Below, piece after piece: positions 48,886 to 60,271 of a stretch of DNA of 64,000 nucleotides (positions are counted from its first letter, which is position 1; each line of letters starts with the position of its first letter). The stretch lies in the NCBI GenBank assembly GCA_950097015.1, contig CATNEN010000003.1, positions 8,122,001-8,186,000 of the forward strand, written 5' to 3'. The notes beneath the pieces are model-generated. The model searched no databases. It was given only the letters and a program-made list of their open reading frames with translations, and was not told where the DNA came from. Made by a program: the position numbers and the translations under genes. Source of the stretch: Macrostomum hystrix. Lineage: Eukaryota > Animalia > Platyhelminthes.

Positions 48886-51800
48886 CTGTCCTTTCTGGTT
48901 CGACCGCTTCTGCAACTCAAATCAGTAGCAAGCAAAGCCACTAACACAGCAATATTTACTAAGCAACAAGCTCTTTTATCGCAAGCTGTAGCCAGCCCTT
49001 CATTGAAACAGCCGCCCAAGTCTGTAATAATGGACCGCTCTCTGTACACGGTGCCTTCGGACGCTCCCGTCACCTTCCTGTCCTGCGGTGCTGCATTCTC
49101 CAAGCTGAGTGAAGCTGAGAAGGCATACGCCTATCACCTGTGCAGAGCCTCATGGTTCAATGGTCTAATATGCCTGCACCAGACCAGTGCTGAGTCACCC
49201 GGCCTCTTCCTGGTGCTGCAGAACATCTTCAGGCGTCAGACACCGGAGCAGCTGAGAGCAGCTTGTGGTGATTCAGTTTCCGATGAGCAATGGGCAGCCT
49301 TCCTGATGTATGTTACTCAGTTGCTGGGCAATTTGGGCAACTACAAATCATTTGGCGACACCAAGATTCTGCCTGACCTGCCCGAGGATGTTCTGGACAA
49401 GTGAGCAGGAACTTCTTGCCTTTGGATGTTTTCTATTTTTGTTCGATTACATCGCATGTTACGGGTACAACTGTTACAGTGTTTCTACAGCTGTCACAGA
49501 GCTTTCACAACTGTTACAGTGCTTTCACAACTGTTACAGTGCTTCCACAGCTGTTACAGAGCTTTCACAACTGTTACAGAGCTTTCACAACTGTTACAGA
49601 GCTTTCACAACTGTTACAGTGCTTTCACAACTGTTACAGAGCTTTCACAACTGTTACAGAGCTTTCACAACTGTTACAGAGCTTTCACAACTGTTACAGA
49701 GCTTTCACAACTGTTACAGAGCTTTCACAGCTGTTACAGAGCTTTCACAACTGTTACAGAGCTTTCACAACTGTTACAGAGCTTTCACAACTGTTACAGA
49801 GCTTTCACAACTGTTACAGAGCTTTCACAACTGTTACAGAGCTTTCACAACTGTCACAGAGCTTCCACAACTGTCACAGAGCTTTCACAACTGTCACAGA
49901 GCTTTCACAACTGTTACAGTGCTTCCACAGCTGTTACAGAGCTTTCACAGCTGTTACAGAGCTTTCACAACTGTTACAGAGCTTTCACAACTGTTACAGA
50001 GCTTTCACAACTGTTACAGAGCTTTCACAACTGTTACAGAGCTTTCACAACTGTTACAGTACTTCCACAGCTGTCACAGAGCTTTCACAACTGTTACAGA
50101 GCTTTCACAGCTGTTACAGAGCTTTCACAACTGTTACAGAGCTTTCACAACTGTTACAGAGCTTTCACAACTGTTACAGAGCTTTCACAACTGTTACAGA
50201 GCTTCCGCATTTGTTACAGAGCTTTCACAACTGTTACAGTACTTCCACAGCTGTCACAGAGCTTTCACAACTGTTACAGAGCTTTCACAGCTGTTACAGA
50301 GCTTTCACAACTGTTACAGAGCTTTCACAACTGTTACAGAGCTTTCACAACTGTTACAGTGCTTCCGCAGCTGTTACAGAGCTTTCACAACTGTTACAGA
50401 GCTTTCACAGCTGTTACAGAGCTTTCACAACTGTTACAGTGCTTCCGCAGCTGTTACAGAGCTTTCACAACTGTTACAGAGCTTTCACAGCTGTTACAGA
50501 GCTTTCACAACTGTTACAGTGCTTCCGCAGCTGTTACAGAGCTTTCACAACGGTCACAGAGCTTTCACAACTGTTACAGAGCTTTCACAACTGTTACAGA
50601 GCTTTCACAACTGTTACAGAGCTTTCACAACTGTTACAGAGCTTTCACAGCTGTTACAGTGCTTCCGCAACTGTTACAGAGCTTCCACAGCTGTTACAGA
50701 GCTTTCACAGCTGTTACAGAGCTTCCACAACTGTTACAGAGCTTTCACAGCTGTTACAGAGCTTTCACAACTGTTACAGAGCTTTCACAACTGTCACAGA
50801 GCTTTCACAACTGTTACAGAGCTTTCACAACTGTTACAGTGCTTCCGCAACTGTTACAGAGCTATAATTGTTTAAGTACTAATGCTCTTTCAGAAATTTA
50901 ATTTCAAGCTGTTTCTAAACTGTTAGAAACAGACTGTTACAAAGCATCCTTTATACCGCAACCGATTGCAGAATCGTCACCAGTTCCGATGCGCACGCGG
51001 CCTCCGAGCGAGTCCGGGTTGCCTGGCAACGCTGCCGCTCCGCTGCCAGCAGCCTGACGGAGCGGAACCGGCAGCTGGGCCTTGGCTCAGCCGGGGTGAC
51101 CGCCTACTTCTCCGAGAACTGTGACGAGACTGATGCGAAACTGGCTCAGGCGTTTCTGGACAGTCGCAAGATCAGCGCCTACAACACCAGGCTGTTTAAG
51201 TCCACCGATGACGGCTCCTACCGCGTTGTGCAGGTAATAATGTTTTAGCATTTTATTCTCTAGGACTTGAGTTTTCAGCCAAGCCAACTTGAGACAATAT
51301 GAGTGGACCAGGCTGACGGCCAATTAGAAACATTTGTGTTGCTAGCGAATCGGAACGAAGAAGTCAGCCAGGCAGGTTCGGCTTGAGGCTGAGGCAGTTC
51401 AGGCTTTTGTAGGTTCGGGTACTGGACTACTCAGAGTCGGAAAGTTGAACGCGGTCAGAGGCTCGAGGAGTGCGGACACTTCAAGCTAAGAAAGGATGAC
51501 CTGTGGGCGGAAAGCCACTCGCCCCTCAGCGACAAGGGTGATAGATCGAGCGGTAAAGCTGAGAGCGACCGAGCGTTCCCAAGGGGAAAAGAGCAAAGAA
51601 ATGAAACTGTTCAGACTCACCGGGCAGGAATAAAGTTGTGTCGAACAAGGACGCGCCTTCTCTGTTTATTTTGCATAAAATCTCTACTCTGATGAGCGTT
51701 TACTTGATGAAATTTGCTTTGCCAGGGTGAATTTCAGCGCAAGGGCATACGCATAAACGCAAAGTCGCAAATACAAACACCAACGCTCAATAAACCGCCA

Positions 51801-54800
51801 CAGCCCCTTACCGCACGCCTTAAATAGCACACGTAGGGGGAGGGGCGGGGGTCAGACAAACGCCGACTGTCAGCCAATCAGCACGCAGGCTGACAGACTA
51901 CCAGCTAAGCCAACTAAACAACGCGCGCGGCGGGTTGCACAGGCGCCACTCCCCACATAGGAGTGGAGCAGCCTAAGCCGCTCTCGCCGCACCCAATTAG
52001 AGTCTGCAAATGGGAGTCTCATGTTGCATATTTCGTTCCTAGGCTTCTGCCGAACCTGGCTTTGTCATCGAGCCTGTCGAATTCGTTGGCGAAGGCGGCA
52101 AGTCCAGCAAGTTCAGCGTTGAACGAGGCGACTACCGGGAGCTGATGTCGCTGGCGCTGCCGCATTTGCGCAACGCCGAAGCTGCTGCGCTTAACGCCAA
52201 CCAGGCGGAGATGCTGCGTCACTACGCTGCCTCATTCGACGGGGGCAGCATCGACGATCACAAGGACGGCTCGAGGGCCTGGATCCGCGACAAGGGACCG
52301 GCCGTGGAGACCTACATGGGATTCATCGAGCCCTACAGGTAAGGTGGCAAAATACTTATGCATTAGACTATAATGCTCTGCGTTCTTAGTGCTGCTGTCT
52401 CTTGAATTGATCAGCATTTTGTCGATTCCATAACCAAATTATGCAAGTATTCACTTTGGCAGCCAGTTTTTAAGACTGCCCATGTCCTGGCACATCTCTA
52501 ACCTTGTCTATTTTCTCCCGTGTCTCAACTCTAGCGTTTCATCTCACAAAGTGTCGGCTCTCCCGTGCTTCATCTCTCTCTTGTCTCAGATCTGCCTAGT
52601 ATTATCCCTCCTGTTTCTCACCTCTTCTGTGTCAAACGAATGTAACGCGAAACTGTCCTCAGAGATCCCTACGGTGTGCGCGGTGAATTCGAGAGCTTCG
52701 TTGCCGTAGTGAACAAGGAGCAGAGTGCCAAATTCAATGCCCTGGTGTCTAACGCTGAGAAATTCCTGCCTCTTCTGCCCTGGCCAGCGGCTTACGAGAA
52801 GGACAAATTTCTGCAGCCGGACTTCACTGCTCTGGACGTTGTGACATTTGCTAGCAGCGAACCACCGCTGGGTATCAACATCCCCAATTATGATGAAATT
52901 CGACAGTCAGAAGGCTTCAAGAATGTCTCGCTAGGCAATGTTCTGTCTAGCAGCTTCTCTGATCCCAAGACAACTTTCCTGGCTGACGTAGACATAGATG
53001 TCTATGTTAAACGCATCGTTGAAGCTAATGAATTGCAGGTAGCGTTGCTGAAATTACTTGTGTGTCTATATTTTACGTATTGAGTAGATAAGAACTTTTC
53101 TTCAGGGTTAAATATCCACCGTTTGCAGGGCCAAATCTTCTTTACCTGTTCTCCCAATTTTTCTTATGACCCATTCTTTTTTATTTAGCTCGACCGATTC
53201 TCCCTCCTTTAATGTCTAACTGTCTACTTTCAGACTTTCAGAACGAATTCTTCCATGCATTCAGGACCCATTCTCCCCAGTTTTTAGGACCGACTCTGCA
53301 CAGTTTGCAGTACAAGTTCTCCCAAATTTTCAAGAGCGATTGTAACCCGTTTTAGGACCAATTTTCTATAGTTTTCATGTTCAATTCTCTCTGTAATCTG
53401 TCAGGACTAGAATTTTGTAACAAGAAGATACCCTAAACTAAAAGTAGATTGAACTGCCTACTTTGGCAGGTGGGCCTCCACGAGCTGCTGGGCCACGGCA
53501 GCGGCAAACTTTTTGAGCAGTCGGCCGATGGCCAGTTAAATTTCGACTCAAATTCGGTGACGGATTTGGTCACAGGTAACCTGGTGTCTACCTGGTATCA
53601 GTCTGGAGATACCTGGGATAGCAAGTTCAGCAATCTGGCGTCTGCCTTCGAGGAATGCCGAGCCGAATGCGTCGGAGTCTACCTGTGCGACGTGCCTGAA
53701 GTTCTAGCCGTATTCGGCTTCTCAGCAGCTCAGGAGGCCGAGGAGGTCACCTACGTCAACTGGCTGTGCACAGCTCGGTATGGCCTGACCTCGCTAGAGA
53801 TGTACTCGCCCGAAGGTGGCGGCGTCTGGAGGCAGGCTCACAGTCAGGCCGCTTTCGTCATTCTCCGAGTGATGCTCGAGGCTGGACATGTGAGCTGGCT
53901 AATACTATGCTTCTACTACCCTGTTATCTTCGATGGTGATAGAAAAAATGCGCTAATAAGACTATTTGCATTGCTGCGGAACTTTTACAACTGCTACTTA
54001 CAGCCAAGTACTTATAAATTGCTAGTAGCAGCATTAGAAACTATATTTTTGCATTCAGCCTAATACCATATAAAAAAGAGTATATTTTGACAGTAAGATG
54101 AAAATGGTAATAAAATTACAGATAAAATATTTTTAAAGAACACAATAACAAACTTCGTCGAAAGAAACATCAAAGGAAAAGCGTTTTTGCAACTTATATT
54201 AAGGTAGAACAATTAATTAAACGCTGAAGGCTCCCAAATGCTGAAGGCTAGCAATAGGCTCTTAATTGCTAGTCCTTTATACTAAATTTCTCAGTTGTAG
54301 AAAGTTGCGCTTATACTTCTCAGAGGCTCTTAGCCATCAACTTTTCTAGGAACGTCAGTTTATCAACGAGAGTTAGAAATTCTAAGCATTGATAGTTCAG
54401 TTTCTAGCAGATTAGACTTGAACAGACGGACAAGAATTAGAAGCTTAGTATATTGGACTAGCAATTTAGCCCCCTCACTATTAGGTTAAGCACAGTAATT
54501 AATTAGTCTTTACTTAGCAAATATGATAAATAATTTCTAGCCAGTATAGTTTTCATTCAAACCACTACTACTGCTACTATTGCACCAATATTATATTCCA
54601 GGGCCTAGTGACAATCTCAGAGACGACAGGCGAGGACGGCCATCCGGACCTGACGGTGCGCCTGGACCGGTCCAAGATTCGCAGCGTGGCCAAGCCGGCA
54701 GTCGGCGAGTTCCTGAAGCGCCTGCAGTGCTACAAGTCAACCTGCAATGTGGAGGCTGGCCGGGCATTCTTTGAGTCCTACTCAAGCGTTGACGAATATT

Positions 54801-55033
54801 TCCAGCGACTGCGCCAAGTTGTGATCGCCAGGCGCAAGCCGAGGCGCGTCTTCATCCAGGCCAACCTGCGAATGGACTCGGCTGGCAGCGTCGGCCTCGT
54901 CGAGTACTCGGACGGCGCCAGCGAGATGATCCGGTCATTCCGGGAGCGGTTCAACGACGAGGACTGGGCCAGAATCGAGGACGCGATCTGGCTGCAGTGG
55001 GAGCGGGACCTGCCCCACATGCTGCTGGCCTGA
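48886..55033 (+). CDS. DPP3: Dipeptidyl peptidase III (M49), copy B; exons 48886(ATG 49030)-49400, 50972-51233, 52043-52338, 52663-53038, 53470-53889, 54602-55033
   Basis: HELLGH and EECRAE intact; same exon structure as copy A; in-phase GT-AG introns. Confidence 0.95.
49464..50863. repeat. 20-bp minisatellite, same unit as 38020-41099, ~70 units, DPP3-B intron 1
   Basis: Exact period, same flanks as in copy A. Confidence 0.98.
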
Positions 55034-55505
55034 GGGCGTACGACTGCATCGACGACCTGACCAGTGCTGAAGCAGAAAGGAGAATACTTTTTTCATTATA
55101 GTTAATTGTAGTTAATAAAAGCTTTTTTGTAATTTGAGTTTGAGTTACTTATTTCTAGTTATTGAAATTAAAAAATAGATTTCTATTATTTAATATTAAT
55201 ACTATATAATTAATATTGAAGCGAAACGTTCAGTATATTTTTCTATATTGTCCTTTCATTAGTCGCTTGTAGCTTAATTTCATTTCCACAACTTAGCCGC
55301 TGAAAATTATTATTTTAGGTACAATAATAAAAAATCCCTCATTTCTAGAATATGTTTGGGAGAATCGGTAGATATACTTAGCTATACTAAAAAGTAACAC
55401 CCTGGCTATCAGTCTCCGATGCATGGAATGATTCACACTTTATCAACTCTCTCGAGTACATCGAGTGAAGATTTTAATTCATCTATCTGGCTATTATTAA
55501 TGAAT

Positions 55506-55895
55506 TGTAGCGACTTTTGGTTACGCGACTTGTTTGTACTTGCTCTGATTGTGTCTCTCTTTTCTTTATCGCTGCACCCCCCTCCTTCCCCCTGCCCCTG
55601 CTACTCTCCACGATTGTACCCCCAACCCCCCTTTCGTCGCTTTCCTTTGTCTGCCTATGTACATCTGAGGCGGGGTTTAAGTTTAACCCTATCCTTACTA
55701 TCGATCGCTTCTCTCTAGCCGCTAGTGTTAAGTTCAAATATAATGTCTGGCCCTCTGGGCCTTTGTGAGTCATCCCCCATTGCGATCTCTGTCTCGTTTG
55801 AGGTTTGGCCGTATGAACGGGCTCTTGCTGCGAAGATTCAATTAATTGCATGACTTCAACTCGCTTCGCTTCTTAATTCACTCGAAGTAAAGACA
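55506..55895 (+). repeat. 5' LTR
   Basis: Appears identical to 59882-60271. Confidence 0.95.
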
Positions 55896-56282
55896 TGGCG
55901 CCCGAACGAAAATAAGCCCTCTAGAAAAGTAAGTCGTCAGTCGTATTCTCATCGATTCGGTCGAAGTTGCCGGCGGTCTCGCTCACCTCTTTGTATGCTG
56001 CCGGTCTCGCTCGCCTCTTCGTCTGCTGCCGGCCTCGCTCGCTTCTTCACCTGCCTGCCGGCTTCGTTCGCTCTCCCGTCTACTGGCTCACGCCTGCCGG
56101 CCTCGCTCGCTCCCTCGCATACCGGCTGGTGTCTGTCTCCCTATTTCGTGACTGTCTCATCAATTAACTGAACTGTCGAGATAAGTAATAATAGATTTTA
56201 CTGATCGCAATCCTATATTTATCATCTGGCTGTTCTGCTGGAGTTTCTACAGACGGAAATTCAAGTTCGAGAGAACGCAGCA

Positions 56283-59200
56283 GTGGGCGGTAAGAAATCG
56301 AGCAACTCAGAAGCCAGTCGACATTGCCTTCAACCTAAGTCTTCGCTTGCAACGTTAACCGTGCAGTCCCGAAATGATCGACAAGCTGTCATGAAGATCT
56401 TTTGTACGTACTGTGGCTCGGACCATACATCTGAGAAGTGTTCGAAGTTGGTCTCGGTGGATGCTCGAATCGAATTTCTGAAGAAGGAGCAGCGTTGCTT
56501 TCGGTGCCTCAGGTCAGGTCATTCATCAAGGACGTGTCATGATTCCCGGCGATGCAGAAACTGTTCAGGCGCTCACCATGTCAGCATCTGCAATTGTGGC
56601 CTGTCAGATGGACAGGGGTCGGGCTTCAAAATGAAAGCAAAGAGTATCGATTCGACAGTCAAGAGTGGCGCGGTCCAGAACAAGACCTTTGCCAATGCGA
56701 AGAAGGACGTCATTCGGCAGGTGCAGACTGGGAGTACGAACGCGGCACAGAGTGAACCTGAATCTGTGGTTTCAACGGAAGGAAACTTTGCTCTCTCCAT
56801 GTTCATCAATCGTAACCCCGCTGTCGCTCTTCCAGTTGCAAAGGCAATTCTGATTGCTCCTGACGGACGTCGAGAACTGCTGGTGAGGGTTCTGCTGGAT
56901 ACCGCAAGCAATCGGTCGTATATTCGAGAAGACGTATGCGACTTGCTCCAGTTTGAACGGTTTGCTGAGGAAAGTTTGAAAGTCTCTGCCTTTTCTGGAA
57001 TCGCTACGACGGTGAACTCTTCAAGAGTGAAATTCCACATTCGCAAGGTTGACTCCATGGAGATCATCAGACTGGAAGCTAATGTCGTAAAGCAGATCTG
57101 TCAGCCTCAGACTTCAGTTATCGTCAATTCGTTTCAACACCTTCGTGATGTAGACCTAGCGGATCCATATGACCCACGTGACATCAGTACTCCAATCTCG
57201 ATCCTCGTAGGCTCAGATCAATACTTCCAAATTGTAGGCGACAACGTGATTCGTGGCACCTCAGGACCAGTCGCCATTTCCTCTAAGCTAGGATTCCTTC
57301 TCTGTGGTCCTCTAGCGATCGAGGGGTCAGCCAATGATGAGCCTATCGTTTCCGAAGATTCAGCTGATTGTAGTACGGCTCAGACCTTGTGCTGCGCTAC
57401 TCCTGATGATGCCTTTGTCACAACTGACTCGTCGAAGTGTGACCTCTCTTCATTCTGGCGACTTGAAGCACTAGGGATCAGTGAGCAAAAGGATGATTCC
57501 ACGGAGGGTTCGTTTATCTGTAATCCAAGGCTCGAGAACGGTCGGTACAGCGTCAGTCTACCATGGAAATACCCGGAGGGCTCAGTGCCGTTGGATGATC
57601 ACTTCGACATGGCGTACAGTAGACTGTCGTCCACAACTCGTGCTCTGAAGAAGGATCCAGAGACTCTGACAAAGTATAGCGGAATCATTTCGGAACAGGA
57701 AGCTTCTGGCATAATCGAGAAGGTGCCCGAGAAAGATCTTGGCAAGAACACTTGTCATTATATGCCTCATCACCACGTCATAAAGTCAGACAGTGAGCAC
57801 ACAAAGATACGTATTGTGTCTGATGGATCTGCCAGACTTCGAACAGGCATCTACCCAGTTTCGTCTGAAGATAAGCATTCGAGCGCAGTCGCGGAAGATC
57901 ATAACTCTGCAGAAGCACTATCAACAGTCGCTGAACAGCCCATGGAATCTAAGAACGTCGATCGTATCTCTTTAATCATTGACATCGGCAAGTTTTCGAA
58001 CTATTCGAGAGTTTTACGCGTCCTAGCATGGGTACAAAGATTTGTCCGCAACCTACGGAGTGCTCGAGCTCAATCGTTAGTCAATAGATCAAGGACGGTG
58101 ACCGCCGAAGAGTTGACTGATGCAGAAGTCCTATTGGTAAGGTCAATTCAAAGGGAATCGTTTTCAAAGGAAATCGATCACATTCGGCGTAGCTCTGCTG
58201 CAACACATCTGAACAGGAACTTGAATCTGTGGTTAGATGATAAGGGACTTTTGCGTTCACAAGGTCGTATTTCCGCACTGTCCTTCGAAGTTAATAATCC
58301 TATCTTAGTACCTCGCCACAGTCACTTGGAGCAGCTCATTATTCGACAAGCTCATCAGTCCGTTGCTCACGGGGGAGTTGCCTCAACGCTTAGTAAAGTT
58401 CGGGAAAAATATTGGATTCTGAAGGGACGTCAACGAACTAAGCAAGAACTATCGAAGTGTGTGGTGTGTAGGAAGGTACAAGGACGCTCATACGTTGTAC
58501 CTCAGATCTCTCAGCTGCCTGAGTTTCGCCTTTCCGACATCCGACCCTTTCAATCAGTCGGCGTGGACTACTGTGGTCCGATATTCTATCGGACGGGGGA
58601 GGATGGTTGTGACTCTCGGAAGGCGTACATTCTACTTCTCACATGCTCATCGACTCGCGCAGTGCATCTGGAACTGCTTCCTGACATGACCGCATCGCAG
58701 TTCTTGAATGGATTACGTCGTTTTGTCAGTCGTCGCGGAATACCTTCCATCATCAGTGACAATGCCAAGACGTTCAAGGCTGCCGCGAATATTCTTGGAG
58801 CTAGCACCAGCTATGAAGTTCAATCATTCTGTGCCAACAAGAAAATCTCTTGGGAGTTCATTCCGGAGAAGGCCCCGTGGTGGGGCGGATTTTGGGAAAG
58901 ACTCGTTGGAATCGTTAAGGATGGATTGAAAAAGAGCATTGGCAAAGCTCTGCTAACATTCGATGAGCTATCAACTTCGGTTATCGAAATGGAATCTGTG
59001 GTGAACAGTCGACCACTTATGTATGTGTCGGCAGATGAGATCAACGACGTATTGACGCCTGCGCACTTTCTCTTCGGAACTCGGTTGACTCAGGAGCCAA
59101 CTCTCTCGTCGAACCGTATCGCCAACGTCCTGCCATTGCCAGCTCGACTCAAACATCTCAGAAGAGCGTTGAATGTTTTTTGGGATGTATGGAAAACGTC

Positions 59201-59342
59201 ATATGTCACCGCCCTGCGTGAGAAAGCGCTCAAGTCGCATGGAGGAGGACCAGTTGCAAAACCCGGAGACGTCGTTTTAGTTCAGGGAGAGCGCATCAGG
59301 CGGTCTGTCCAAGCTCTCATTCCTCTTGAATTGTGCATCTAA
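56283..59342 (+). CDS. Deleted BEL/Pao gag-pol polyprotein: three Zn knuckles, aspartic protease, RT N-terminal stub, integrase
   Basis: CTYC..DH...C, CFRC...GH....C and CRNC...HH..IC knuckles; LLDTAS protease; YMPHH.V.K and KIRIV.D stub; AHQ..AH..C..C plus GVDYCGP, SDNAK, WWGGFWERL integrase. No RT catalytic DD motif or RNaseH seen. Confidence 0.9.
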   Translation: MGGKKSSNSEASRHCLQPKSSLATLTVQSRNDRQAVMKIFCTYCGSDHTSEKCSKLVSVDARIEFLKKEQRCFRCLRSGHSSRTCHDSRRCRNCSGAHHVSICNCGLSDGQGSGFKMKAKSIDSTVKSGAVQNKTFANAKKDVIRQVQTGSTNAAQSEPESVVSTEGNFALSMFINRNPAVALPVAKAILIAPDGRRELLVRVLLDTASNRSYIREDVCDLLQFERFAEESLKVSAFSGIATTVNSSRVKFHIRKVDSMEIIRLEANVVKQICQPQTSVIVNSFQHLRDVDLADPYDPRDISTPISILVGSDQYFQIVGDNVIRGTSGPVAISSKLGFLLCGPLAIEGSANDEPIVSEDSADCSTAQTLCCATPDDAFVTTDSSKCDLSSFWRLEALGISEQKDDSTEGSFICNPRLENGRYSVSLPWKYPEGSVPLDDHFDMAYSRLSSTTRALKKDPETLTKYSGIISEQEASGIIEKVPEKDLGKNTCHYMPHHHVIKSDSEHTKIRIVSDGSARLRTGIYPVSSEDKHSSAVAEDHNSAEALSTVAEQPMESKNVDRISLIIDIGKFSNYSRVLRVLAWVQRFVRNLRSARAQSLVNRSRTVTAEELTDAEVLLVRSIQRESFSKEIDHIRRSSAATHLNRNLNLWLDDKGLLRSQGRISALSFEVNNPILVPRHSHLEQLIIRQAHQSVAHGGVASTLSKVREKYWILKGRQRTKQELSKCVVCRKVQGRSYVVPQISQLPEFRLSDIRPFQSVGVDYCGPIFYRTGEDGCDSRKAYILLLTCSSTRAVHLELLPDMTASQFLNGLRRFVSRRGIPSIISDNAKTFKAAANILGASTSYEVQSFCANKKISWEFIPEKAPWWGGFWERLVGIVKDGLKKSIGKALLTFDELSTSVIEMESVVNSRPLMYVSADEINDVLTPAHFLFGTRLTQEPTLSSNRIANVLPLPARLKHLRRALNVFWDVWKTSYVTALREKALKSHGGGPVAKPGDVVLVQGERIRRSVQALIPLELCI

Positions 59343-59881
59343 TCCGTCTCCGTCTCGGATCTCTGTTTCTCTAAATCTTTCTGTTCTGTTCATTGGTGCG
59401 AGATCAGCTACCTTGATAATTTTTGCTCATTTTTTGTTCTCGACTCTTGTTATCGCGTTTCCATCTGTTCTCATTCACTTACCCTTTTTTGCTTCCCTGA
59501 ACCCTCATTTGTACCCGGTAGTTATCATTCAGTCATTTATTTTTTGCGTCACAACTCGGTTGCAAATTATCATATCATCATTCAATATGTTAATGAGGGA
59601 CTCGTGACTCGTGAACGTACTTGTAACGTAAATTTCAATATAATTTCTGTCGGCTAGGTCGTTGTCAGTTTTGTTAATTTTTGGCCAACTAATTTATCTA
59701 CTCGTAAAATCGTAGGTCATTGCTTAATCTTCGTGAAGGAAACATTTATTTTTCGTCAATGCTCGTACTTGTGTCCCTTTCAGTCTCTCAAAATTGTCGT
59801 TTTTTTGTTCCGTTGCCCTTGTTCAATTGTTTCATGCTTAGTTCGAGCTCGAAATGACAAAGTCTTTGTCATTTGGGGGAG

Positions 59882-60271
59882 TGTAGCGACTTTTGGTTAC
59901 GCGACTTGTTTGTACTTGCTCTGATTGTGTCTCTCTTTTCTTTATCGCTGCACCCCCCTCCTTCCCCCTGCCCCTGCTACTCTCCACGATTGTACCCCCA
60001 ACCCCCCTTTCGTCGCTTTCCTTTGTCTGCCTATGTACATCTGAGGCGGGGTTTAAGTTTAACCCTATCCTTACTATCGATCGCTTCTCTCTAGCCGCTA
60101 GTGTTAAGTTCAAATATAATGTCTGGCCCTCTGGGCCTTTGTGAGTCATCCCCCATTGCGATCTCTGTCTCGTTTGAGGTTTGGCCGTATGAACGGGCTC
60201 TTGCTGCGAAGATTCAATTAATTGCATGACTTCAACTCGCTTCGCTTCTTAATTCACTCGAAGTAAAGACA
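59882..60271 (+). repeat. 3' LTR
   Basis: Appears identical to 55506-55895. Confidence 0.95.

Larger units (their letters stand above)
55506..60271 (+). mobile_element. BEL/Pao LTR retrotransposon, internally deleted (4766 bp)
   Basis: 390-bp TG...CA LTRs at 55506-55895 and 59882-60271; 5-bp TSD TGAAT (55501-55505, 60272-60276); PBS TGGCGCCCGAAC at 55896; purine tract GGGGGAG before the 3' LTR. Confidence 0.95.

Noticed and set aside
37363-55038. DPP3 pair as a pure haplotype duplication artefact
   Set aside because: Introns 3-5 are unrelated and exon 5 is substantially diverged, which is too different for alleles.
55419-55851. Short ORFs duplicated at 59838-60227
   Set aside because: They lie inside the LTRs.
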